Shown here piece by piece: positions 17,063 to 28,800 of a stretch of 64,000 nucleotides of DNA; position 1 is the first letter of the stretch; each line of letters opens with the position of its first letter. The stretch is from contig CM119263.1 of assembly GCA_051294375.1 (NCBI GenBank), positions 7,550,635-7,614,634 of the forward strand, given 5' to 3'. The notes below the pieces were generated by a model that saw only the letters and a list, made by a program, of their open reading frames with translations, made no database searches and had not been told where the DNA came from. This stretch comes from Paraspadella gotoi (taxonomy: Eukaryota > Animalia > Chaetognatha). The position numbers and the translations under genes are program-made.

Positions 17063-18260
17063 TAAAAGAGAGAAATACTAGTGGATTTGTACGTTTCTCC
17101 ATGAGGCGACCTTCTCTGGATGAAGGCAGCCTTAAGCTGATAGACTAAAGGCTGAATGAGGAAGACAAGAGAGACTCCAGCACGAAGCTGAAATTGGGAA
17201 AGGGGGAGAAAAGAGAGAGGGAACGTTGAAAAAAATAAAAAGAGGAAAGCGAGAGAAGAAAGGAGCGAGAGGAAAAAAAAAGAAAGGTTGAGGGGTCAGA
17301 ATTTCGCAGCAGTTGGACTTACAAAAGGGTAATTGAGAAATTTTTTTTATTTTTATGGCCGGAAGGTAGTTGGTTTTAATACAATTTGCTGTTATCTTTT
17401 ATTCGCCAAAAAATATTTTCTGTTTTACTTTTAAACGCTCGAAAGTTACGGTAAAACACGGATTTTTTATTTGCATCAAAACTTACTGGCGTTTTTTTTT
17501 TTTAAAGAATTTTTTTTTTCTGATTTTTATCGTTCGTCTCTAATTGATATTTGTATGTCTTTCTATAAGTGTCCATTTGTTTTAAACCGTATTTGCATTT
17601 TACATTCTTTTTTTACATACGTATTGATACAATTTCCAAGCTTAATTTTCTTTTCTGTTTGCCTATTTTTTTCCAGATCTCTTCCTTTTTTTCGGTTCCA
17701 ATTCGTCGAAATTGGATTAGTTCGGACACGCGGCGGTTAAACCTAAAAAAATTTGAATCGAAGGCGATCAATTTGACCGGAAGTGGAAACGCTGCAATTA
17801 ACTGCCCCATTTTTCTTTCTCGGGTTCCACGGGTTCCACGACGCCAGCTGAACCCGTCGACCGCCCTGACTCGCCCCCGGTTTTTTCGGTCCTCGCCCTC
17901 CGACGAAGGAAAAAAAAGGTAAGTTCGAGTGGGTCAAGGGCGATGAATTTCATCCGGGGGATGGGTTTTTATATTTCGTTTTATCGCTGAAGTTTAGGCT
18001 ACTTTATAACTCGGCTCTAACGATGAACATTTTCCGGGTAACCCATCTTTATTTTTTTGGCAGAGGAGAACCTTGCCTTTATCTCTCGCTCTCTCTCTTT
18101 CTTTTTCTCACAAAACTTTATCATTTTCGTCTCGAAGGAAGAAAACAAAAGAAAACGGAATCGCTAAAGCAGGAGAAAAAAAATTCCACGGAATAAATTC
18201 CATTATTTTTGGCAAGGACCACGGGCCACTGTATATCTTCGAGAAGTCGAGGCTGACACT

Positions 18261-18323
<63 letters not shown>

Positions 18324-19064
18324 CGGCCTCCAGTCTTTAGGAAATATATTTACTTCTACTGGCTAAGGCAGAGAGACCCGAGTAACCTTCTCTTTCTCTC
18401 GTAGCCAAACGAATGCCATTTTCAAAGAAAAATTGTTCGTTTAAAATAGAGAAGCTCAGGAAAACGAGAGAGAGAGAGATGAGAAGAGAGAGAGAGAGCG
18501 ATGGAGAGAGAGAGAGCGCCTTTTTTGTTTGTTTGTTTAAGTCCGAATGAGAATGCGTGGGAGTGGCCGGATGAAACAAAAACTGCTCTTTTTTTTCGTC
18601 CCTGATGAAAAGCTTGCCGAAGCAACTATATCTAGAGTATCGTTAGGTTTCAAACCGATTTTTATCGTTTATCATTTCAGGCCGCTCTGTTTCTCTCTTC
18701 GCGCGGATCGTTTGCTCGCTCTTTGTCACTAGAACGGCAGGAAAGAAGACTTTCGACGTAAGCTCTCTACTCTACTCCCCTCTCTCTCTCTCCCCTTTCC
18801 CCGTCCTAATCCCCAGTCTTTGTCTTTCTCCCTTCTGCCTCCAATCGCCGATCGGTTCTCGGTGAACGAGAAAAAGCGCCATCAGTGTTCGAGGAAAATC
18901 GACTCTTGCGTTTTGAAAAAAACAAAAAAGTAAATAAAAAAAAACAAAAAAAAAAACAAAGACCCAAAAAAAGAATTGAAATGAGTGACGGATCTCATTC
19001 GCTTCGCCGTCGTTACTGATTAAAGAGTGAAACAAACTCCGCGTCGAAAAGATAAATAAAAGGT

Positions 19065-19110
19065 GGGCGTGGGGCGCGGTCACGTGATCGAAACGCGACG
19101 AGTCACGTGA
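19065..19110 (+). promoter_or_regulatory. Candidate promoter module: GC box plus two GTCACGTGA E-boxes
   Basis: GGGCGTGGGGCGCGG at 19065-19079 and GTCACGTGA at 19079-19087 and 19102-19110, about 1.1 kb upstream of the zinc-finger ATG. Motif evidence only. Confidence 0.35.
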
Positions 19111-19237
19111 TGTCAGGATCTTCTGTTTTTCTATAGATCCTGGTGGTGTGAATGAGAAATGGAAAAAATCTAATTTTAAACAGAACTTGGAGAATAAAAG
19201 GAAATAAAAGAGATAAAATAAATAAAAAAAATAACTA

Positions 19238-20129
19238 CATGGTGACAATTTTACAAGCGCCGGTAAAAGAACGCTGTCATTTGCAAACCATTGATTATTT
19301 CATTGATTTTAAAAATTAGTTGAGTAGAACATATTAAAATAATTTATGTGTTAAAATTTTATATTGATCAGTTAAGATATGCCTTGATAATGAGTGGAGA
19401 AAGTTGGCTTGTCAAATCGGGTTTTATTTTCCAACTCACTGTTTTTAAATTAAATTTTTTTCTTAACTTTTAGTACTTTTTTAAATAAAGTATTTATTAA
19501 AATATTAACAATATTAATATCCTCAAAAAGCCCTTAAAAATATGAAAAGAATGATATACTTACGAAAGCTCTAACATAAAAAGTGAGCTGCCCAGCCTTG
19601 GGTCAATTCAGAGTGTCAAAAGTGAATTATTGAAAATTTTAAATCTTTTTTAAAAATATATGACCTGTTTAAATTATTATAACATAAAATATTATTATTT
19701 ATATAGTATCATGAAAGAGCCTGAGAAAAAAAGATTTAAGATAGCTAATCACAATTTGATAAATATCATAAATTTACTCTCCAGCTATTGATTTTTGAAA
19801 AGATGTCTCGTTTTTGAGTATCCTAATTAAATTAAAGCTGGGCCGGTAAAATTTTATACTATAGTATTTGTAACTACGTCATTCTCTTTAGATTTGAAAG
19901 GGCTTTCAGAAGATAATAAAATTAATGTTATTTTTTTTTTAAATTTCTTTAGAAAACTTACTGAAAGTAAGAGAAAAAAATTGAATCTAAAAAAAGTGAG
20001 TTGGAAAATGAATCCCGATTTTACAAATTTTAATATGTTCTACTCAACTAATTTTTTAAATCAATGAAATAACCCCTGGTTTGCAAATTACAGCGTTTTT
20101 TTACCGGCGCTTGTAAAATTGTCACCATG
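19238..20129. mobile_element. MITE of 892 bp with long TIRs and flanking TA (Tc1/mariner-type target site)
   Basis: TA|CATGGTGACAATTTTACAAGCGCCGGTAAAA ... TTTTACCGGCGCTTGTAAAATTGTCACCATG|TA. The inverted match continues for about 100 bp, with a further block at about 19418-19450 versus 19984-20018. The interior is AT-rich with no ORF. Confidence 0.9.
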
Positions 20130-20183
20130 TATACTCCCCCAAAAAGATGTCGGCGTAGCCGCCTCTAATCGGCTCTCACTCCA

Positions 20184-20967
20184 ATGGACATCGCGATCTC
20201 GAGTCATCGCTTAGCGCACGGCTCCGCGACGAGCCACGGCGCCGCGACGAGCCCCGGCGCCGGGCGCCACGCTCCCGGTACCGGATCCGGCGCCGGCCAG
20301 GGAGCCCCGGTTCCCAACAGCGTCCCTTCCAATCTGCCTCTGCCTCCAGGCGCGATGGCCCAGGGGCCATACCCGGGCTCCGAGCTGGCGTCCCTCGGCC
20401 ACGCCCACTTGAGCGGGCAAGTCGCTCTCATGCGTCAAAGTTCTCAGAGTTCTCCTTTCTCACCCGGCGGCGGTGGCGGTGGTGGTAGCGGGGGCGGAGT
20501 TTCGGGACCAGCAAATTCTTACCTGGGAAACCACCATCCCCTTTTGAACCACCCAGCCCTTCACCACCATCACCATCACTCGAACCACCTTCTCTCGCCC
20601 GTTCTCAACCCCTCCCTTTCTCCTTTCGGGATTCCCTCCTCCCTCGTCGCCCCGGAACCACCTCCTCCTCCCCCTCCCTCCTCCTCCTCCTCCTCCTTCT
20701 CCTCTCCTCCTCCTTCAGCGAGCGCCAACAAAACAGGCGGATCATCACATTCACAAAACAGCAGCCTCGCCGCCGCCGCCGCCTCGCTCTTGGGCCTCGC
20801 GGCGACTCGACCGCCGCCGCAGGAGCAGCGCCCAGCCGCGCCGGGAATTTCCATCCCGGCTGCATCAGCGAGAGAGCCCGTTATGACACCATCCAACCCC
20901 CGACGCCATTTATTACAACGACAGGCCGCGCAATACATTGGCGGTAATGGAGAAATGTCCAGTACCA

Positions 20968-20998
<31 letters not shown>

Positions 20999-22992
20999 CG
21001 TGGATGGACGCGAAATTCCTTACGACGACGCCGCCACCGCCGCGGCCGCCGTCGAGAGACGAAGGCGCGACGCCGAGGACGACGGCGTCTTTTCGGAAAA
21101 AGCGCGCCGGTTTTCGACGTCCGGCGTGGAACGTCCCGACGACCGCCCGTACGCGGGTTCGAACCCCGATCTCTCCACGGGAGAAGACGGTTTCTCGACT
21201 CCAACGCAGATGGTCAAAGGAAGAGGCGTGGAGGTTATTACCTCGCGCGCGACCGACGTTTTTTCCGAGGTACCGCCGCAGCGGCGGCCGCCTCCGTCGC
21301 CGCCGCAGCCGCGGCGACAGCAGAGTTTTTATAGCGTCGAAGGAGGGAGGAATCTGGGAGTCGCCGCAGACGCCTCCCCCTCTCCTCCGTCCATGGGCTC
21401 CCGTCGTCATCCCCACGCGCAACGGAATCATCATTCTCATCATTATTCCTATGAGAAGCCGACTATTGCATCCACGAAACCAGCGTTGGGAGGAGGAGGA
21501 GGAGGAGGAGGAAACGGAGGAGGAGGAGCGGAATTCGCGAGAGGAGGAGGAGGAGGAGGAGGAGGAGTCTCGCCGCGTTCGGGAGGAGGGGGAAGAGAGG
21601 AGGAGCGGGCATCAGCTGCTGCCTCGACGTCGTCCACTATTGCGATAACAACGCAGAACGACAAATACGAAAGTACATCGTCGTTCTCATCGTCGTCGTC
21701 GTCGTCGGCACGGGCAGAGGATTTCCTTTCCACTTTATGCTCGTCGTTTTCTTCTTCCGTCGCCGTCCCCTCCTCCTCATCCTCCTCCTCCTCATCTTCC
21801 ATCGTCTCTTCTTTTCAAAACCATCATTCCATCACAAGCGTCGCTCCGCGTTTCTCTGCCAGGTCGACGGACGTCTGTCAGTTACAACCAACGCAAAACC
21901 CACTGCAACGACAACGACCGCAACAGCAAATCGAACAAGAACAGCAACTACTCCAGCAACGAACGATACGTCCAAAGCCTCCGCGTCATTCCCGTCACCC
22001 GCGACTCGACGATGCGTACGGTTCCGGCGCGCCCATCGACGAAACCTTCGCGAATAACGGCGTCCTCGGCGCCACGCCTCTGACGTTTCCGGTCGACGCA
22101 GGCGGGATCGGCTCGGGTCGGCCACGAGGCGGCGTCGGGATTTACGACGCCGGTGATGAGAACAGCGCCGAGTCGAGCCAAGTAACGGCGCTCGGCAGAA
22201 ACGTCGACGCCGGTTTCGCGGACTCGGACGAGACTCGAATCGCCGGAGACGATCGCGACGAAGAGGAGGACGACGTCGACGAATCTCGCCAGAAGATCGA
22301 AACGCGAAACCATAACAATAATAACAACAACGACCATTGCAGCAACGACAAAAACGTCGAAGCCACCGACACTTACCCCGAGAACCTCACCTTCGAGGCG
22401 ACGACGCTCTCCGCGACCACGCCTTCCGCCGACGCTTCTTCGATCGGCTGGGACGCTCGAACCCTCGCCGCCTCCGCCCAAGACGCCGCCGTCGACGCCG
22501 GACTAAACCCACACCGCTCGGCGGCGTCGTTCGGACGTCTCGAGACCCCGTTTCTACACCGCCGGGTCGGAGGCGCAGCGACGCCGTATTTCGACGAAGC
22601 CGGCGGGGAGATCCAAAGCCGCGGAGTCGCCGACGGGGTCGTCGACGGTTTCCGGAGGCGAAATCCCTCGTCCGCTGGCGACGCCGCCGCCGCCGAGGAC
22701 TCCTTCATGAACGCTGGCGTTGCGTCGCGTCAAGAGTTGCGTCTTCGACTAGCCGACGCCGCGGCCGCCGGCGCCCCCGACACACATGACTCGGGCGCCG
22801 TAGACGATTCAAAAGGCGCCGCGTCCTCGAATTTTCCGCGCGCGGTTGGCGGCGTCGATGCGCGGTCGCGCGTCGCGCGCGGTGACGCCAGCGCCGACGC
22901 CAGAGCCTCCGACGGAACGCCGAGCGACGAAGGATCCTCGTCCGAGGAGGGTGACTTCATTTCCGGAACTTACCACGGCGCCACGATTCAAG
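20184..22992 (+). CDS. Coding exon 1 (low-complexity His/Gly/Pro/Ser/Ala/Gln-rich N-terminus) of the multi-C2H2 zinc-finger protein
   Basis: 966-codon GC-rich ORF from ATG. The donor CAAG|GTTCGC at 22992/22993 is phase 1, matching the next exon. Alternative phase-1 donors exist at 22950 and 23001, and an internal intron cannot be excluded. Confidence 0.7.
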
Positions 22993-24068
22993 GTTCGCGG
23001 GGTGGGTGGGGGGTTCTGATGAATCCAGGCTTGGTAGCTTGGGAACGATGCCTCGTTCGTTCCCTTTTCTCATTTTTTTTATAGTTAAATTAGAACATTT
23101 AACATAAAAAATAACGTTAGTATTACACATAAAAATTTCGACCATTGTCCAAATTCTTGTTAAAAGAAAATATTTTTAAATTTTCTTCTTTTTTTTTTAG
23201 ATTTTCTTTCTTTCTTTTTCCTTTGTACTCTAACTTCGGTTCCCTTTTTTTTTCTCTGTCATCTCAACTTATTTTTCTTTCTTACTTTATTAAATTTTAT
23301 AAAGGTTATGAAAACAATAATTTATTATATGAAATGTAATATTGCGAGTGCTTCGAGAATTAATGATGAAAATATTGAAAAATTTAATCATGTAATGTAA
23401 TGTGAGAATTTTTTAACGAAACATTGACAATAAGCATTGAAAAATAAAAATGAAATTTCAATTACTTTTCGCAGACGAAAATTAGGAAGAATAGAAGACT
23501 TAATTTTTTTGTATATGTCAAACGAGATGACATGATATGATATTTTTTTTAAATTTTTCAAAATACTATCTTTTATTTGTTTTTTTTCTTTCTCATCTTT
23601 TATTTTATTTTCATAAATATTTCTATGTTATGCATTATAGTTGTCAACTATTCATTGTTTCTTATGATTTCGTCGTCCCTTTTGTCATTTTAAAAAATCA
23701 AAAAGAAATATGTCAATATGACAAGGGTTTTGGATTGTCCCTCAAAATCTTAAACTGTAGAAAAATCGCTTATTATATGTATTTTCATATATTTACTTTA
23801 AAAAATCCATCATGAAATCAATGAAAGGTAAATAAAATCGCGAATTAAATCCTTCGAATCAGTTGAATCAATTAAAATAGGCGGTATACGGTTCAAACAA
23901 ACCAGCAAGATAGCGATTAGACAAGTGAAAAAACCGATCGCATAACGACAACTTAAAAACGACTGAATCGACCCCGAGGTCACAAAATACATTTCATACT
24001 TTTCATCGAAGTTTACCCGCTCGTTCGTTCCCTCATAAAACTTACCCTTTCTCCCCGTTCCCACCCAG

Positions 24069-24179
24069 GTACGGCCAGCCTCGCGGCTCAAGCGGCCGTC
24101 GCCGAAGAGTCGTCGATTCCGCCGCAAAACTTCGTCGCGTCTGACCGACTTCGTCACGACAGCGTCGACGGACAAGAAG
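24069..24179 (+). CDS. Internal exon 2 of the zinc-finger gene (GTASLAAQAAVAEESSIPPQNFVASDRLRHDSVDGQE)
   Basis: Pyrimidine tract and CAG acceptor, AAG|GTAAGT donor, 111 nt, phase 1-1, open frame. Confidence 0.75.
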
Positions 24180-25048
24180 GTAAGTTCGACCCGGCAGTTT
24201 GGCGGGAAACGTGCTTCGAAAGAAGTAATGGTTTAAAGGATATGAAAAATGAACTGGAAAGGGTTCAAGGCATGGATAAAGGGATGAGATTTTCTATTAT
24301 TTATGGTCGATAATGAAGATAGGTAATAACTCAAAATTGTTTGAGTTGGCTGGAGCGTTGAGATTGTGAGAGGAAGTGAGGATTTATTTGATTTATGAAT
24401 ATATTTTATAATTGTTGCCTAAATTTAAAAATTTTATAATTAAAAAAGGAGAAAGTTTATAATTTAAAAATCTTTTTTTTTTTCAACTTTTTAAACGAAT
24501 GCTGACTGAACAGACTCGGTCTTACTCCGCGGAGATGGTTATCCAATTAAGTTTCAGTCTCTTTTTGTTGAGAAAAACTAATAAAAACGATGGAACATCT
24601 GTTCCACCTTTAGAAAGACAAAGATTAAAAATAAATTTATTTTATATGTATTTACTGACAATTTTGCGTTATAATTCAGTAAAAAATGCTAAGAACTAAA
24701 TCAAAAGTCAATTTCGATTACGAGGCTGCAAATCAATTATCAATTCCGATATCAAAACAAATTTTCAATCTTTTTATTCTACTCGCATTTATTCTTCGTT
24801 GTTATGTTTATCTCAATTTCTAAATAAATAAATACTTACAAAAATTATGTTCACGATGTTTAGAATAATACGCAAACTTTAACCTATTGTAAAGAAATTT
24901 TAAGGTGAAAAACTGATCATCGCGAAACATATTTTTTTTAAAAATTTGTACAACCAATATAAAATTTTATATTTATCTTTAAAAACCGCGAATGGCATCT
25001 CCGTTTATCTCAACCTGACTAATTCGGCCTTTTTTTTCCCCTCCACAG

Positions 25049-25258
25049 ACGATAACCCCCCTCAACCCAGCAGCCCCACTACGTCTTGCTCCACGTCTTT
25101 CGGGGAAGAGAGGCCCCATGCAGACTCTCCAGATTTTCCGGACTCCCAGATTTTCGGGGGAACCGGCGTCATCGTTTCCAGTTCCGGAGCCAAATCCAGT
25201 CGCCGAAAACAGTCCAAACCCCTCAGAATGTTCAAAAATCGGAATCCCTCTTCGCGAG
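25049..25258 (+). CDS. Internal exon 3 of the zinc-finger gene, containing SSRRKQSKPLRM
   Basis: TTTTTCCCCTCCACAG acceptor, GAG|GTGAGT donor, 210 nt, phase 1-1. Confidence 0.85.
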
Positions 25259-25642
25259 GTGAGTTGTTCTATTTTTTAATTTATATTTACTGGATGTATA
25301 TATTTAAATATGGCGCTTTAGAAAAAAAATTTTCTTTTTTAATAGATGATTCGATACGAGTTATTGACTATATGCTAGGTCTTCTCTTTAGTTACAAATA
25401 ACGTCATTGTATTTAAATAGGAGTGGTAACTTTTGTTAATAAATTATCTACTGATTTCGTCCAAGAATTCCTCTTCCTTCTTCTTCAAGGATATCAAACT
25501 TTAAAATAGAACGGTTTTTTTTTTTAAGATTTTTTTTCAAGATCAAGACCTCCCCTCTTCTTTTTTCTAATGAAAATAACAATAACCAAATAAGTACGAA
25601 TTTCTCAGTTTAATCCATAATTTTTATCTCAATTTTTTGCAG

Positions 25643-25702
25643 ATGGTGCAGAGACGTCAGTAGCATCCCCCTTCTCGGATATGGAAGGAACTTCAACCAA
25701 AG
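25643..25702 (+). CDS. Internal exon 4 of the zinc-finger gene (DGAETSVASPFSDMEGTSTK)
   Basis: TTTTTTGCAG acceptor, AAG|GTATTG donor, 60 nt, phase 1-1. Confidence 0.8.
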
Positions 25703-25818
25703 GTATTGTTATGATACTAAATTTTTTTTTTAACAAAGATTTTAAAAGAACGAATACATTACAAATTCGTTTTTTTACCTTGGTTAATTCGTTTCATTTA
25801 TCTGTTTATCTGTTACAG

Positions 25819-28800
25819 AAACCCTCAACTTGACCGATCCCGCATCTGTCTATGCTGCTGCCGCAACCGGAGGCCTGAACTTCCCCTCTGAATTCATAGC
25901 CGCCTCTCTCCGTATTCAAGAACAAAGATCTAAAACCCCTTGCAACACACCCTCCGTTTCTGCCAACAACAATCACTCCAACGGAAAAACATCCCCCGTT
26001 CATTCTCTTTCATACAACAGCGGAGAAGGACGTTTTTCTCCGCCTCCGCCTGTTCTGTCTTCTCAACAGCAACTTTACTCTCATTACGGGTCAAACTTTT
26101 CTACAGAATCTTCTGACAGACAACCACGCATTGGTGCCTCACCCTCTTTTTCTCAACTACACCAGACCGCTTGTATCCAATCCCCCGCTCCTCCTTCCCT
26201 CTCTCCTGCACATAAGTCTCCAGAAATTCCCACCACTCTCTCTCAAAGCCCTTTCACCACGACAACCACTTCAAGCTTGGGATCCGCTCACAACCTTCAG
26301 AACATGCCCGTATATCAACAATCCAGATCTGAATTTGAAAAAAGACAACTGTCAGAAACACATTCAGAAACCAATTACACCTCAACCCATAATTCAGAAG
26401 GCTTGGACATTAGAACGATGGCTACCTCATTCTATCAGCATCAATTAAAGCAAAATAAAGGCGATTTGTATGACAGAGGTATGTCAAGGTCTCCCAAGAC
26501 CAAAACCCCATCGCCAACTCGCTTTTCGCAACATCAAAAAAGTGATGGTGGACGATCCCCACCTCCCTCCATGCAGCTTCATACTGAGGAGGATTTGATG
26601 GCTTGCGTCTTTTGCTCCAAATCCTTTTATTCACATTCAGACCTTGAAAGGCATATTGAAAATAGTCATAGTGGTAACCACAATGTCCCATTTGTCAATT
26701 CAGATGGAGATAATGACATTGACAGTGGAGCAATTCGAGAAGAAAAGAATTTCAAAACCAATTTTTCCTCAAACGCAACAGTTTCTTCTAGTCTGGGAGT
26801 TCTTCAAGATTGGGAAAACCAGCAGAAAGCTGCTTTTTTTATGCGAGAAAAGGATTCATTTACTGCACCCTCGTTGGCATCTACTGCTCAGCCAAATCCA
26901 ATGAAAATACCTTCATCTGAAATTGGAGCAATGAATAAAACAGGCTGTCTGCCATCTAGAGATTGGGACAATGGAAGCCAGCCTCCTAATGAAAGCCCTA
27001 AAAGTCCATCTGTAAAGACTCATTCCACCAGCACTGCTTTCTTCCTTGATAAGAATACGGGTCTGCAGCAACCAAGGGTGGTCGACAGTGCAGGAAATCG
27101 TATTTTTCATCCAGAGGCTTTTTGTGAGCTTTGTAATCGTGAGTTCTGTAACAAGTATTTTTTGAAAACTCATAAAGCAAACAAGCATGGTATTTATGAT
27201 GATGCCCCCACAGGTTTATCTGGCATGAATACATTACCAACAATGGCACCCATGCAAAGCTTGAATTATCCCTCTCAGCCACCTAAACCTCCTCAATCTT
27301 CAGCTATTCCTCTTGATATGTCTAATGTGCAATCTGTTAGTAATACTAGTCCTGTCAGTTCTCCTAATGTATTATCCGCATCACAGCTCCACAAAAGTCC
27401 AGTAAATTCTAAAGCTTTCTCAAGATCTGAGCCCAATCCTCAGTCACCATCAACTGCAGTCCCTTTACCATCTTTTCCTCCCATGCAGCATCTTGTCTCA
27501 TCTTCAGTCAACCAATCTGTAGTTAGCCCCTCAACTTCAACCTCCGCACCAAGCCATAAGTCATTAGGTAACAATGATGCCCTGTCATTAGCTACTTCAT
27601 CTAGTTCCGACACAAAAACAAGTAATCCGTCTATAGTTCCTACTAGTGCTACATCTGGAACCTTCCCAGAGGATTATTGTGAAATATGTCAAAAGACTTT
27701 TTGTAACAAATATTACCTCAAAAAGCATAAGTATGATGTTCATGGTCTTGGGAAACCTAAAGAACCAAAGGAACGTAGTTCCAAAGGAAACAATGCTAAA
27801 AATCTTTCTGGAAAGCTTGGAATTGACCTAAGCTCATCCAGCTTGGACAGATGGAATCCTGGTTTACCACCATTTCCTCCAGGCCTCCCCCCACCATTTC
27901 ATCCAGCTCTTGCTGCACAACTTCTTGGTGCTGATACAGCTGGTCAAGCACAAGCAGCAGCTGCTGCTGCAATGGCTGCTGCAGTAGCTTCTGGAAATCC
28001 ACTGCTACAACATTTTCAAAACGCTTTTCCTCTGTTGCCTCATTTATTACCAAAGCCACCTGTATCATCAATGCTTGAAACACCAACATCCGAAGCATAT
28101 CCTCATACATCTAGTCCTCCACAAGGGGTTATAAACTCAGACACTTTGCCGATGGGCTCTACATCACCTGATCCTATGAGACCGAGGTCCCCGGTATCTC
28201 CTAAAACCCCAGCAATGTTTGAAGGGCAAGATGTTCCAAGACCAGTGTCTCCATTGATCTCAGCTGCTACGAGTTACCAAAACTCAGTCTCAGCCATAAT
28301 AACCTCCACTGTCACAACTACTACTACTACTCATAGTTCAACTAAGCCATTAAAGCTTACTCCAGAGCAAATTAAAAGCCTGGGAATCCTTCATCCTGAT
28401 GCTTATTGTGAGTTGTGTTGTAAAGAGTTTTGCAATAAATATTTCTTGCGTATCCATAAGGCAAATAAGCATGGGATCTATAATGATGAAACTCCTAAGC
28501 GGGCCCTACAACTAAAGAATAGAAGTCAAGCCAATTCCATTCAGCAATTAGCTTTACCAGCTTCAGCTCCCCCTGACTTTCTTCAAAGTTTTGCTCTGAG
28601 CATGTATGGAGCTGAAGAACCTACTAATCTTTCAATGCGAGCAAGTGACCAACGAGAACCAGGAGAAAGAGAATATAAGAATGATGAAGAGCCTGGGGAA
28701 CGTTTGAAGGGACATAATCAAGATTTTGAGGATGCATTTTGTGATATTTGTAACAAAGAGTTTGCAAACAAATACTGGCTTAAAATTCATAATATAAATG

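Noticed and set aside
17919-18063. Possible 5' UTR intron (AG|GTAAGT ... TTTTGGCAG) of the zinc-finger gene
   Set aside because: The splice signals are plausible but cannot be tied to the gene without transcript data.
20176-22991. Multiple overlapping and antisense ORFs in exon 1
   Set aside because: Expected shadow ORFs in GC-rich coding sequence.
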